A stretch of DNA of 64,000 nucleotides from Narcine bancroftii. Its lineage: Eukaryota. Shown here in pieces: positions 37,878 to 50,030 of the stretch. Made by a program: the position numbers and the translations under genes. The notes under the pieces are model-generated. The model was not told where the DNA came from. It worked only from the letters and a program-made list of their open reading frames with translations, and did no database searches. The DNA lies in contig NC_091476.1 in NCBI RefSeq assembly GCF_036971445.1, positions 133,548,001 through 133,612,000 on the forward strand, in the 5' to 3' direction. How positions within the stretch are numbered: the first letter of the stretch is position 1; each line of letters starts with the position of its first letter.

Positions 37878-39720
37878 TGTAGTGGCGGCTACACTGCTAA
37901 CTGAAGGATCGCACAACCAGACTGGTTGAGTTCAGTGAGCAAAACTGATTTATTGCAGGCTACCTGACTGGTCTTATACTCCCAGCCCGGACCTGGCTGA
38001 GAACCACGCCTGGGGGGCCCCGACGTCACCGGTGCAGAGGTCGAGAGGAAACCCCCCGACGGTGCCATTTTGGCCGGCTGCCCTGCCATGTACGTGACAG
38101 GTGGGGCTGGTTCACCTGCCTAATGGTGTACAGCCACACAGCCCCCCCCAGAACCAGCACCAATGCCCTTTTTTGCTGGGCGGCCTTGCTTCTTGGTTTG
38201 GGCCTCAACTACTGGCTCGGTGGGGTCGAGGTGGGCTGGCTTTAACCTGTCCACCGTAAACAGTTCCCTCTTACTACCGATGCCCAGTGTGAAAGTGGAT
38301 CCTGAGCGCTGGATGACTTTGTACGGCCCTTCGTATGGTCTTAGTAGAGGTGCTGTGGACGGGCACTGCCTGATAAAAACTTATTCTGTGGAGTACAGCT
38401 CACTGGGGACATAAGATGCCCATGTGCCATGTCTGGGTGTCAGTAGGGGTGTGAAGGAGTCCAACTGGGCCTGGAAGCAGGGAAGTAGACCGTGTGGTGA
38501 CTGCTGGGGGTTATGAGGTGCGTTGACGAATTCACCAGGTAGGGCTAGTGGTGCACTGTAGACCAGCTCGGCTGATGACGCCTGTAGGTAGTCTTTGGGT
38601 GTTGAGCAGATGCCCAGGGCACCCAAGGCACCTCATCCACCCAGTTGGAGCCGGTGAGGCAGGCCATAAGTGCCGACTTAAGGTGGCGGTGCAATCGCTC
38701 AACTAGCTCGATTCCCAGCCTGTTGTGAGTTGTGCCCAGAGCACAGAGTGCACTGGGCGCCCCGATCACTGGTGAGATGGCTCGGGACGCTGAACTGGGG
38801 AACCTAACCGTTCAAAAGCGCTCGGGAGCAGGAGTCTGTGGAGGCATCTGGCATCGGGATTGCCTCGTGCCAACGAGTGGTGCGGTCTACCACTGTGAAA
38901 AGATAACGGTTACCTCGGGAAACGGGTAAGGGTCCGACGATGTCCACATGTATGTGGCTGAACCGTTCCCGGACGTGTTCGAAATCTTGTATGGGCTCTC
39001 AGGTGTGCCTGTGTACCTTGGAAAGCTGGCAATGGGTGCAGGTTCTGGCCCAATCTGCTTCCGAATCCAGTGCCAGACGAAACATTCTGCCACCATACGA
39101 ACTGTGGACCTGATGGAAGGGTAGGAAAGGTCATGGATATGGTGGAAGACTTGCCTGTGCCACTGCTGGTGAACCACTGGACGCGGGTTGCCCATGGAGA
39201 CATCACAGGACGGTGCCCTCGCCATGAGGAGTCAGGAGGTCCTGGAACCGCAGGCCCGTGATGGCAGTCTCGAAGGCCCGCGTCTCCTCGTCGGACTTCT
39301 GGTCCCAGATGAGCTGGTCGAAGTCGAGGCCGGGAATCAGCGCGCAAAATGACCATACCCGCGAACTCCTGTAGCCCCTTGAGGTTGTTGTTGCCCCTTG
39401 AGGTTGTCTGGGCGAGGGAACTCCCTGACTGCAGCGACCTTCGTAGCGGCAAGTGTAGCTCCTTCGGCCGTGATGGTATGGCCCAGGAATTACATGGACT
39501 CTTTCTCGAACTGGGATTTGGCCGGATTGATCGTTAGGCCGAAGTCGGCCAGTCGGGAGAAGATGGTGCGCAGGTGAGACTTGTGTTGTGCCCGGTCGCT
39601 GCTGGCAACAAGGATGTCATCCAGGTAAATGAATACAAAATTCAAATCCCTGCCCACTGTGTCCATAAGGCGCTGGAAAGTCTGGGCGGCGTTCTTGAGC
39701 CTGAATGACATGCGTAGGAA
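37878..39720 (-). mobile_element. Gypsy (Ty3) LTR retrotransposon 3' half nested in the BEL element
   Basis: LTR 37878-38140 (TG..CA, minus-strand AATAAA), G-rich PPT at 38141-38150, integrase remnants, RT 'LKNAAQTFQRLMD..FIYLDDILVAS'. Confidence 0.92.
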
Positions 39721-40208
39721 CCCAAGTCCATAGTCATGTGCACTGGAAGATACTGATTGCGTGCAGCCTCCAGACCCTGCAACGCTGCCGATGCCTATAA
39801 TCAAACTGACAGTGGTAAACAACAAGCCTTTGGCTCTTACAATAATAATACGTAAAATTGATTAATGCTATTCTCAATGATTCCAACCATTTGCTCCTCA
39901 TCAAAGGCAAAACTGGATATCAATTATGGAATTGCCAATAGTCTATCATCTCTTATGCAGAAAAATATGCATTTCTCGTCGAAATATCTCATTACTATTT
40001 GAAATTGCTGTTTTTCAATATTTAATATAAAACTTCAATATTCATATACAAGTTTTGTCTTCAGGATATCTTTTCAGCGCAGCTATGTTTAACTATGATA
40101 CACATAGTGCACAAGCCAATGTCTGCAGAGTTGGGAAGAGAGTTTGATTTTAATTTGAAATGTTCTAGAAGGAGTTGTTAATGTTATGGTTTGTGATTCT
40201 TTAATTAG

Positions 40209-40297
40209 TTTTAATTTGAAGAAGATCGCCAGCAAAAAAGAAAAAAAGTACCAAAATTCAGGAAAACGGTCATCAAACTTCCAACAACACCAATTTG
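40209..40297 (+). CDS. TTC3: TTC3-like exon (FNLKKIASKKEKKYQNSGKRSSNFQQHQF)
   Basis: AG at 40207-08, GTAAGT at 40298; Lys-rich; phase 2/1; acceptor position uncertain. Confidence 0.65.
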
Positions 40298-40384
40298 GTA
40301 AGTAGTTTAACAACAGGTCCATGCATATGCAGCGGCCAATGTTAACTATTTACTAACATTTATATGGTTATGTGCTTTACAGCA

Positions 40385-41049
40385 AAGTCTGGTGTTTAAA
40401 AAGACATTAAAAACAGCTGAAGCCATACATAGATCAAATTGGTTGGTTGAAAATTTAACTTGTGTTGAGAGAGGTGGTGTGAGTGCAGGGTAGACTTTGT
40501 TTTGTTGGTATTTGAGAAGTTGGATCCTTGTGACTCATGAGGGAGTTCAGTGTTTACTCAGTGTGGTACATAAAAAGTATAAATTTTATGATAGATCATA
40601 ATGAGTTTATTTTCTTACACATTGTGTAATGTATATATGCTCAAAATTCTTGAGCTGCAGCTGAACAGGAACTTGTAATGCAAAGCTAAAATAGTAAAAT
40701 AATTGAATTCAATTAACAAGTCTGGTGTTTAAAAAGACGTTAAAAACAGCTGAAGCCATACATAGATCAAATTGGTTGGTTGAAAATTTAACTTGTGCTG
40801 AGAGAGGTGGTGTGAGTGCAGGGTAGACTTTGTTTTGTTGGTATTTGAGAAGTTGGATCCTTGTGACTCATGAGGGAGTTCAGTGTTTACTCAGTGTGGT
40901 ACATAAAAAGTATAAATTTTATGATAGATCATAATGAGTTTATTTTCTTACACATTGTATAATGTATATATGCTCAAAATTCTTGAGCTGCAGCTGAACA
41001 GGAACTTGTAATGCAAAGCTAAAATAGTAAAATAATTAAATTCAATTAA
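40385..41049. repeat. 333-bp tandem duplication of intronic sequence
   Basis: 40385-40717 and 40718-41049 identical except for about 4 substitutions. Confidence 0.95.
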
Positions 41050-41854
41050 GTACAACAAATAAATGAATGGTAAGTATTAGGGAGCAATAATAACTCACTT
41101 TCACGGGTTATCAAGGTCTTAGATTTAAGATATTCGCAAAAAGGGAGAGAATATAGGCAATTCTTTGAGATCTGTCTGCCATTGAAATTACATTTCAGTT
41201 TTGACTAATCACCAGCAAACAGTAAGGTACAGCCTGTAACATTAATCATTCTTTTTCTCCCACTGGTACTGCTCAACCCACTGAATTCCTCCAGCAGATA
41301 GTGTTTAGCAGTGGAAAGTGAGAGGCAATATTTGCTGGCTGCATCCTTTGCATCTTGCCAGGAGTGAACTGGCTGTTTCCTACTGAGCAAGCCAATAGGT
41401 CAGGCCAGGAGAGATGGAATTTGGGAAAGTAGTATGAAAGAGCCAATAGTAAGTCAGAATTTTTATGTTGAGAGCAATGTAGCTGACTTTCAGGATAAAA
41501 ATTAAACATTTCCTACTGTTTTTTGCCTGGCCTTTAGTGGTCTTAAGATGCAGCTTAAGGAACTTGGCATTCGATAACAGTGGCCAAGCTTACACTGAGT
41601 TTGGATCATTTGTGCTTTTCTATTATTATCAAACTGTGGTTCTGAGTAAAGGAGCTTTTCAGGAATCTTAATCAGAATGGCTTTGATCAGCAGATGGATT
41701 TATTTTTGAGTCTTGTGTAATAGGTTTAAAACAATAATAAAAGTATGTTTATAATTTCGGGATGAAAGGAAGAGAAATGTTAATTTGATCTTTAATGACT
41801 TGGCTACAAGAAGGCCAATATTAGCCTGATGACTTTTGAATTCTTTTAATGCAG

Positions 41855-41892
41855 ATACCCCAAATAGAAAATCTGGTCAAAGTGAATTGAAG
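41855..41892 (+). CDS. TTC3: TTC3-like small exon (DTPNRKSGQSELK)
   Basis: gcAG/GTAAAG; phase 1/0. Confidence 0.65.
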
Positions 41893-42619
41893 GTAAAGTG
41901 AATTAATTTCTCATTCTAATTTCATTGAAGAACTGTTGCATTAAAGCTATTTTTTTTCCCCCCCGGTTTTCCTTCATCTTTTATAGTGAAAATTTAGTTT
42001 GCTGGTGAAATGTGAACAACCCTTTAACAATGTTTTGGTTACACATCTTGTGTAAAATATATTTGTAAGCATCAAACTTTAAGTGACTCAATTGATATTT
42101 ATTCCCAGAAATTGGGAAGTCGAGAAATTATATGCAAATAAGTTTAAGAAAATTCTGTAGAAACAAAATTTTAGTGAACACGAGGTTAATGCGTGGAAGA
42201 AGTTCCCAATGAATATGTTAAAAGCAGTGTATTAATTGAATGAAGTGCAATTTATACTGAGGGATTATTACCAAGTGTAACTTAACTCCTTTATGGAATG
42301 TTGACATCAGAGGGAGGGTTGCTCATCATATGGAAGGAGCCCCCATGTTTGGTAATTTTTAATTTTTAAGCATCATAAGATTTATAAATTAAAGGAAAAT
42401 ATTAATTTGTTATAAGAATGTTTTTAATATTGATGAATAAATACTAAAGGCCTTGTTTTTAGCTCTCCACATTTTAAAAATTGAAATAACACGATTATTC
42501 ATACTCAAAAACTGTAGTTTTTAAGAGCAATTGCTGATTCATGTTCAGTTGACAGTCGATATCGTAATCTTCATCTGGTTGCTTTCTGAATGTATTTTAT
42601 TTTTGTGAATTTCTAATAG

Positions 42620-42661
42620 GATGAAACATTTGGAGCTAGAAAGAAGGAGGGCAAAAATAAG
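42620..42661 (+). CDS. TTC3: TTC3-like small exon (DETFGARKKEGKNK)
   Basis: atAG/GTATTT; phase 0/0. Confidence 0.6.
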
Positions 42662-42840
42662 GTATTTTAAAAGTTAATTTGAATGTTAAACTAAAAATAT
42701 TTTGGATCCCTTCAATCAAAAAAATTAGTTTGATTAGAAAATATGATAGCAATTTCCTTATGCTCTAATTCTTACTCAGTCGAATTATTGATAACCATAA
42801 GAATAACCAGATTGATGTATAAAATCCACCTTGTACACTA

Positions 42841-43171
42841 GAGTACAACCCTGATTCTCTGAAATCCTCAGTTATCCGAAATTTTTTCGGAGCCAAACTC
42901 TGTGAACCTCAGGCTCCTGGGCAGGAGTGGAGCCTCGGTGGGGAAGTCTTGGTGATTGGCAGTGGACAGCAATTTTTTTTTTGGAGAGAATTAAACATTA
43001 TTTTGGTGTTTAAAAAGCCTTATCTTGTTGGTTATTGTTGTTTAAACACTTACAAGTGATTTGCTGTTGCTACTGGGCTGTTTTTTTAGAAAATGACTGG
43101 TTCTCCAAAAAAAAAACGTTGATCTGAAACGGGCCTGGTCCCGACCATTTTTGATTATCGGGGTTGAACTG
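42841..43171. mobile_element. Tc1/mariner-pogo-like MITE copy
   Basis: TA-flanked (G)AGTACAACCCTGATT...GATTATCGGGGTTGAACTG termini. Confidence 0.7.
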
Positions 43172-46044
43172 TACTTTTAGGAACGATGTCTGCCATCCAT
43201 TGCGTGACTCCAGACCTTTATGATTGTCTCTTAAATGCCCTGTTATATGTTATATGGCCAATGAGATGTTCACTGCACCCAAATTGAAAATGAATTTGGA
43301 ACTTGCACCAGCCTAGGAACCACTCTCTGACAAGGCAAAGTTGCTTGCATCTTGTGCAAACCAGGAGAGTTGTACCTCAAACCCATCAAGCAGCAGGTCT
43401 AACATTGTCATTGTCACAAAATCGTAACTTGCAAACAGCAAACGAGACTAATCTATTGTCGTCTCAGAGATTCACTTGGATGGTAGCACAGTTATATGCT
43501 GCAGGAGGAGAATCCCATGATTGATTTAAAATCCTAGGATCTGACGTGACATCGTCAGAAATGGAAAACAAGCCTCTTCATGATTACCACCGATTTCCCC
43601 TCCTTCAACTCGTGTATTAGTGATCCATCAAGTGGAATATTTAGCAAAAAAAATCTACATGGGTTGATCTTCAGTGTCCATGCGTAAGATTGGATTGGTT
43701 GAACCAGTACAGTACGTTTCCTATTATCTGAAATGCTTGGGACTGGGCGAGTGTCGGTTAACTGCATTTTCCAGATTTCTGAGAAATGGCTTTAAGCCGC
43801 CTAATTTAAGCAGCAGAATGCTTGTATTGGCAGTTGCTGATCCCGACACCTCCCCACTGCCATCGCTGAACCCTGCCCAGGAGCCCGAGGTACCCGTTCT
43901 GATCCCAGCACAGTAGCATCAGCTTAATACCTGTATCAGCAGTTAAAACAACAATGAACAAGGGAAGGTTTTTCAAGGATGAAATAAAGTTTAATCTTTA
44001 CCAAAAAAACCACACAAACTCTTCTAGTAAAAATAAGATACATGAGAATTTCTGCTCGGAAGGTTTATCAAGCATGAAATAAAGTTTAAATCTTACCAAA
44101 AAACATGATCTCTGCTTACAAAAATAAGATAATTCAGTAACATTCAAAATGGTGTTAACAGAGCACTGAGTACATAAGAGCTCCATTGGATTCAAAATGG
44201 TGCTAACAGTATGTCAGAGTCCCACATGGCAGGTAAAAACTTGTGTCGTCATGACGATATTAAATTTTTGTGGATGAGAATTTTAGTAAAGTGGTTTTCA
44301 GATAATCGGAAACCTATATTGACAATTGACAAAGCTTAGAGTCCTGAACGATGAGGCTGTCATTCAAGGTTTGTGCAAATAGAGTTGTAGAGCTCAGAAA
44401 TTCACTCTTGATACCCCACCCCCCCAACACCCCATATCCATGCTACCCATCATATCTATCTTCCCTAAACCCATTTACTGATACATTAGATACCTTCCAG
44501 TCTCTTGGTGATTTTTGTCTCAATGGTGCTTAAATATCCCTGATTCTTTCTTTTTCAGGTAGCCCCTTCCAGATTCTCTCTCAACCTCTTGTTTCACTTT
44601 AAACCTTTGTCCATTTATCTTGCATCCCCACTATGGGGGATGTCTACCTTATCTATACCCTCATAATTTTACGAACCTCTCAGGTCACCCCTCAGCTGCC
44701 TTCCCCCATCTAGTCTCACTTTATAATTGTAATGCTCCAATTCAGGCAACATCCCAGTGGATACAAGTTGGGAAATGGTCTGACAGGTGCCAGATAACAT
44801 TTGTACTACCGAAGAGTCGAGATCACTCTTCCAACAGTGACTAAACGCTACCCTTGGTGTAGAAAAAATACTAGAATCTATTACTAAAGATTTGGGTGCA
44901 AAAGTTGCAGATATCACAGACTGGAAAGTTGCAAAGGAATATCAATGTGTACGAGTTGAACATGGTGAAAAGGCAGGAGAATGGGGTTGAGAGGGAAAAT
45001 AGATCAGCCATGATATGAATGGCAGAGCAGACTTAATGGATCAAATGACCCAATTCCACTCCTACATCTTAAGGTCTTAATGAGTGTGCAGATGGAATAC
45101 AATGTGGAAAAATGTGAAAATGTCCAATTTTATAAAGGGGAAAAAAAACATTTAAATAATGAGAAATTGCAGAGGGATCAAGATGTCCTACTGTATGAAT
45201 CACAAAAGATAAGTTTTTTTTGTTTCACAATAATAATTGTGCTCACTTTGAATAACCCATAGTTTAAAAGGTATATTGCCTTTAAATCTTTATTTTAAAC
45301 TTTTGGCACCTTTTATCTTACTAATTTCATTCCCCTTTTTACCAAGTCATGCATTTCTTATCTCTGTCCATTTCATTTTCTATTCTCCATCTCTCATTTC
45401 TGCGCATGCTCCTCTTTGATTTTCTCTTACATTGTTATTGGCAGCAATTGTTCCACAAAAATCTCTGATCTAGCTATGGATTATCTGATGTCTGCTCACT
45501 TGGAATTTGATGAGGTTTAACAGCAGTTCTCTTGGTGAACTGCTTTGAAATTGAAGTAGTCCCATCTGTGCAAGTGACATGTTTAATAGAGTAATAATAA
45601 GGTGATCAGGTTCAGACTAATATTGAAGAAATTTTATCACAACATATTGAGTGGCCGCTGCACAGTTAAATATAGAAATGAGAGGTTGCTGATGGTAGTT
45701 CCTGAGCTAGATTATCTGATATATTAGTAATACATGCAAGCTATTCTTATGCAAGGGTTGGACATTGGAAGCATTGTTAAATGAGCTTTATTTGAGGATT
45801 TATTGTAGAACTAAGCCATACTTACAGTTCAACAATCTTAGCACTAATAAAACAAATTTTAAATTGTCTTTCCCTGTGACAATTTCAAAATTCTACATCA
45901 AATTTATTTTACTTTTTCAATGATCCTCAAATATCAATTTCTCTCAATTATTACTTTATTATTATTCTCTTTGCATTTTATACTGATCACTCTATAAAAT
46001 TATTAAAAAATTTAATATTTTTGCTGTCCATGGGTATGCTTCAG

Positions 46045-46071
46045 GGTGATGAAAACAGTGGAATGACTGAG
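46045..46071 (+). CDS. TTC3: Candidate 27-nt microexon (GDENSGMTE)
   Basis: tcAG/GTAATT, symmetric phase 0, downstream of a long T-rich tract. Confidence 0.45.
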
Positions 46072-46246
46072 GTAATTGTAGTGTCTGCAGTAAGACACAA
46101 AGGTGAAATATACGTCTCAAAGATCTCTCAATCTTTGTGTGCTGTTAAGTTATTTGTGGATGAAAGATTTGGGCTACTGTCCCAGCTCTCAAAGGAAAAT
46201 GAGAGGAAGAACAGTTTTATGGATATTTGTTCATTTGTTCGTTCCC

Positions 46247-46425
46247 CCCTCCCTCCACCCCTCCCTCCACCCCTCCCTCCACCCCTCCCTCCACCCCTCT
46301 CTCCACCCCTCCCTCCACCCCTCCCTCCACCCCTCCCTCCACCCCTCCCTCCACCCCTCCCTCCTCCCCTCCCTCCACCCCTCCCTCCACCCCTCCCTCC
46401 ACCCCTCCCTCCACCCCTCCCTCCA
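46247..46425. repeat. (CCCTCCCTCCAC)n 12-bp pyrimidine-rich repeat, about 15 copies
   Basis: Seen directly. Confidence 0.95.
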
Positions 46426-46549
46426 CATCCAATAATGCAGAGTACATGTGGATTATATATGTTAAAAGTCAAAAAATGTACATTGCATTTATATCATTTC
46501 ATCCAATGTACTCCACATTTTAATCAAACAGATTATATAGTATTGATAT

Positions 46550-48610
46550 TATAAAAAATGGAAAGTCTAAACCCACTACCAAGAAAGAAGCTGGCCGAAA
46601 AAAGAAAGACAGAATTTTTATCTCATTAGTCAACATTTCTACCTTCATAGCAAATCAAAGATTATAAAAGAGTCCCCACAGTGTCTGAAATTTTAAATTC
46701 AAATCAGAAATTGTGCATCTAATCTTTAAGTTAAACATGACATGACATACATAATTAGGCGGGGTAACACCCCTCCATCTGAGCAACACCACCCACCTAA
46801 CCATAAGAGAAATAAAAGTCCATGTAGCTCAGATGTCATTAACATTATGTCATTCTCTTCAACAATACCAAATAAAGCAGTTTAGGTATTTGGTTTGAAA
46901 TTAACTTCAAAATTGCAGAGAAAGTTTGAAATACTTTGTTCCAATATTTCTCAAGACTGGCATGTTCAGAACATATGAATTAATTATTTCCATTGATGCA
47001 TTTATCACAATGAGGTGATACATCCACTTCAAAATGAGATAGTTTGACTTCAGGCATGTGAGCCCAATGGACTACTTTAAATTGTAGGAAAGAGTGGTGG
47101 ACTCATAAAGAAGAGGTATTAACCAATTTGAAAATTATATTCTAAGTTTCTTCAGCTGTAGGTCCTGTTCCCAGGCTTTTTAAATTTTATCTGAGGGAGC
47201 CTCTCTTGTTCCCAACATAAATGTTAGATATTTAATCATTATAGAAAGGTTATAAATTTAAAAATTACCCCAATTAAAAACTTAAAAAGAATGGAGGTTT
47301 AGCTTTACCAAACTTAATGTTTTATTATTGGGCAGTCAGTATATGAAACCTTTGTTTTGGTTATAATAACTGTGAAGACTGTCCAATATGGATATCTCTG
47401 GAATCTAATTTGCAGACGATGCCACTTTAGTTGCCCATTCAGAGCCAGCTCTTCAGCGCTTGACGTCTTGCTTTGCGGAAACTGCCAAAGTGTTTGGTCT
47501 GGAAGTCAGCCTGAAGAAAACTGAGGTCCTCCATCAGCCAGCTCCCCACCATGACTACCAGCCCCCCCACATCTCCATCGGGCACACAAAACTCAAAACG
47601 GTCAACCAGTTTACCTATCTCGGCTGCACCATTTCTTCGGATGCAAGGATCGACAACGAGATAGACAACAGACTCGCCAAGGCAAATAGCACCTTTGGAA
47701 GACTACACAAAAGAGTCTGGAAAAACAACCAACTGAAAAACCTCACAAAGATAAGCGTATACAGAGCCGTTGTCATACCCACACTCCTGTTTGGCTCCGA
47801 ATCATGGGTCCTCTACCGGCATCATCTACAGCTCCTAGAATGCTTCCACCAGCGTTGTCTCCGCTCCATCCTCAATATCCATTGGAGCGCTTTCATCCCT
47901 AACGTCGAAGTACTGGAGATGGCAGAGGCCGACAGCATCGAGTCCACGCTGCTGAAGATCCAGCTGCGCTGGGTGGGTCACGTCTCCAGAATGGAGGACC
48001 ATCGCCTTCCCAAGATCGTGTTATATGGCGAGCTCTCCACTGGCCACCGTGACAGAGGTGCACCAAAGAAAAGGTACAAGGACTGCCTAAAGAAATCTCT
48101 TGGTGTCTGCCACATTGACCACCGCCAGTGGGCTGATATCGCCTCAAACCGTGCATCTTGGCGCCTCACAGTTTGGCGGGCAGCAACCTCCTTTGAAGAA
48201 GACCGCAGAGCCCACCTCACTGACAAAAGGCAAAGGAGGAAAAACCCAACACCCAACCCCAACCAACCAATTTTCCCCTGCAGCCGCTGCAACCGTGTCT
48301 GCCTGTCCCGCTTCGGACTTGTCAGTCACAAACGAGCCTGCAGCTGACGTGGACTTTTACCCCCTCCATAAATCTTCGTCCGCAAAGCCAAGCCAAAGAA
48401 GAAAGAATTCTGTTACAAAATTTTCTCTAATTTCTCTTCTTGGATCCTCTTCCTAGATCTCTAAATAAATTAACTAATAATCCTGTGGTTAAACATACTT
48501 TGAGTATATGGATACAATTAGAAAACATTTTGGTTTAATGAGATTGTACTCTCTCTAGTCATATTTTTCTAATTATTTCTTTAAGCCATCTACTACTCAT
48601 TTTTTTTCGT
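46550..48610. mobile_element. Old L1-clade LINE in two orientations (3' part on -, ~46550-47250; upstream part on +, ~47260-48610), split by an RTE
   Basis: Minus: QFKVVHWAHM, LEKYWNKVFQ; plus: KKNGGLALPN..YYWA, WISLESN|SVTKFSL, NPVVKHTL. Confidence 0.7.
47409..48407 (+). mobile_element. RTE LINE 5'-truncated copy (same family), open from FADD region to the end
   Basis: Near identical to ~1781-2770; ORF 47460-48347. Confidence 0.95.
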
Positions 48611-49377
48611 TATATATTACAGATTAGAGATGTTTTACAATCTCAATTACATACATTTTCTAAAAGGGATATTAGTTCTAATTGTGGAAGTGCAATATGC
48701 TAAGAACTTATCCACACAGTTGTATTTGAAAAACCAGAGACCTTATACTTGTTGCCAAGAATAAACATCTGTCTTTCTGTAAAATTAATATTCATTATCA
48801 TAATTATTAGTTGATATGCTTGACCTGTTGTTTAGAATACATTCTAATTTTTATTTGCACGTTCTTCCCCACCTTCAGAAAAATAGAGGACCTTCAAATG
48901 AATGGATAAAAAATAATAGTGGGTAAGAATTTTAATTTTGTTAAAAGAACTATTGGTATTTAAACAAGTCATCTTTGAGTAGTGGTTATGTTGTAATAAA
49001 CCATTTAGCTTTTTTTTGGGGGCTGATGGTTCCAACACAATTGGGAATGGTATCGTTGCATGCTATTGTACATTAACAAAAGTAAATGGGATGAATTGCA
49101 TCTCCCCCCTGCCCATCCATATTTATCTGGGTGAAAGTGGACTGCTTGTCCTCAGCTATTGTACTCCTCACATCTGACTGTGAGCACGTTGAATATTTGT
49201 GAAAGTAAATCCAAATCTGCGGAATGCTGGCCATCTGTCAGTGTGATTTCACCCTGCTAAATTCTCAATAGTGACACCATAGAAATAGAATATTTCCTAT
49301 TCCTTCAAATCACATTCTTTAATTACTAGGTTGACGTGTTAAAGTATTTTTGTAGACTATTGTGAAAAACTTCACAG

Positions 49378-49433
49378 ATGATGAAACTGGCAGTTGTTGA
49401 AGTAGACAAGGAGCTTTTGGATTCAAAATTAAG
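49378..49433 (+). CDS. TTC3: Candidate exon (MMKLAVVEVDKELLDSKL)
   Basis: Supplies the phase 0 to 2 change needed before exon 49652; donor AG/GTCTTA is weak. Confidence 0.35.
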
Positions 49434-49651
49434 GTCTTAATGGGAATCCAGCATTACTCTGTGTGTATGTAGTCTAGAAAAAGCAAAGGCAACATTTATC
49501 AGGAGTGATGACTGCTGAGATGACAGCAGTCATGTAAATATATTTTAATTTCATAGTTGAAGGGATAAATTCTTATTTCTCAATTAAGTTATCTGCACTT
49601 TAGGTTATTCTGTAGAGACTGAGTTAAGAAGAAAAAAATTACATTTTTCAG

Positions 49652-49802
49652 GTATTTGGAAGAGGCCACAGCAGAAGTGCGTGAAAACAATGACATGAAT
49701 TCGAAAATGGAAAATTATTGCCAAAAAGAGGAAAAGATGCAAAACTCAATTTCAAAAACGGATATTGATGATGTTCTTCAAGATGAGCTTTCCTCACTTA
49801 AT
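49652..49802 (+). CDS. TTC3: TTC3-like exon (YLEEATAEVRENNDMNSKMENYCQKEEKMQ...LSSLN)
   Basis: tttttcAG acceptor, GTGAGT donor (frame stays open to 49910, so the end is uncertain). Confidence 0.65.
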
Positions 49803-50030
49803 GTGAGTTCAAATTTCAATAAAAAGCTTAAATGCAAAATTAAACCAAATGGGATGTCATACAAAAAAAAAACAATTGAATGTTTTTTGTATGTGGAGGG
49901 AAGTAGATGATTGTCTGCATTAAACTCTCCACGTTTTCTTCTATGGGAGCCAGGAATAAATCAAATGGACAGTCACAAAATAACTAGCCATCCAACTCCT
50001 TACTAACAATAAATATATTGACATTCATAG

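Larger units (their letters stand above)
35359..39841 (-). mobile_element. Decayed BEL/Pao-type LTR retrotransposon carrying captured host cDNAs
   Basis: 3' LTR 35359-35817 and 5' LTR remnant ~39718-39841 share ..CATGTGCACTGGRAGATAC...GCCTTTGGCTCTTACA; TG..CA ends; PPT-like TTAGGGACTGG; TSD ATAAC/ATAAT; BEL RNase H remnant 'LHYFADACENSYG' at ~37640-37810. Confidence 0.78.

Noticed and set aside
46021-46554. Poly-Pro / RGG ORFs
   Set aside because: Translation of the 12-bp simple repeat
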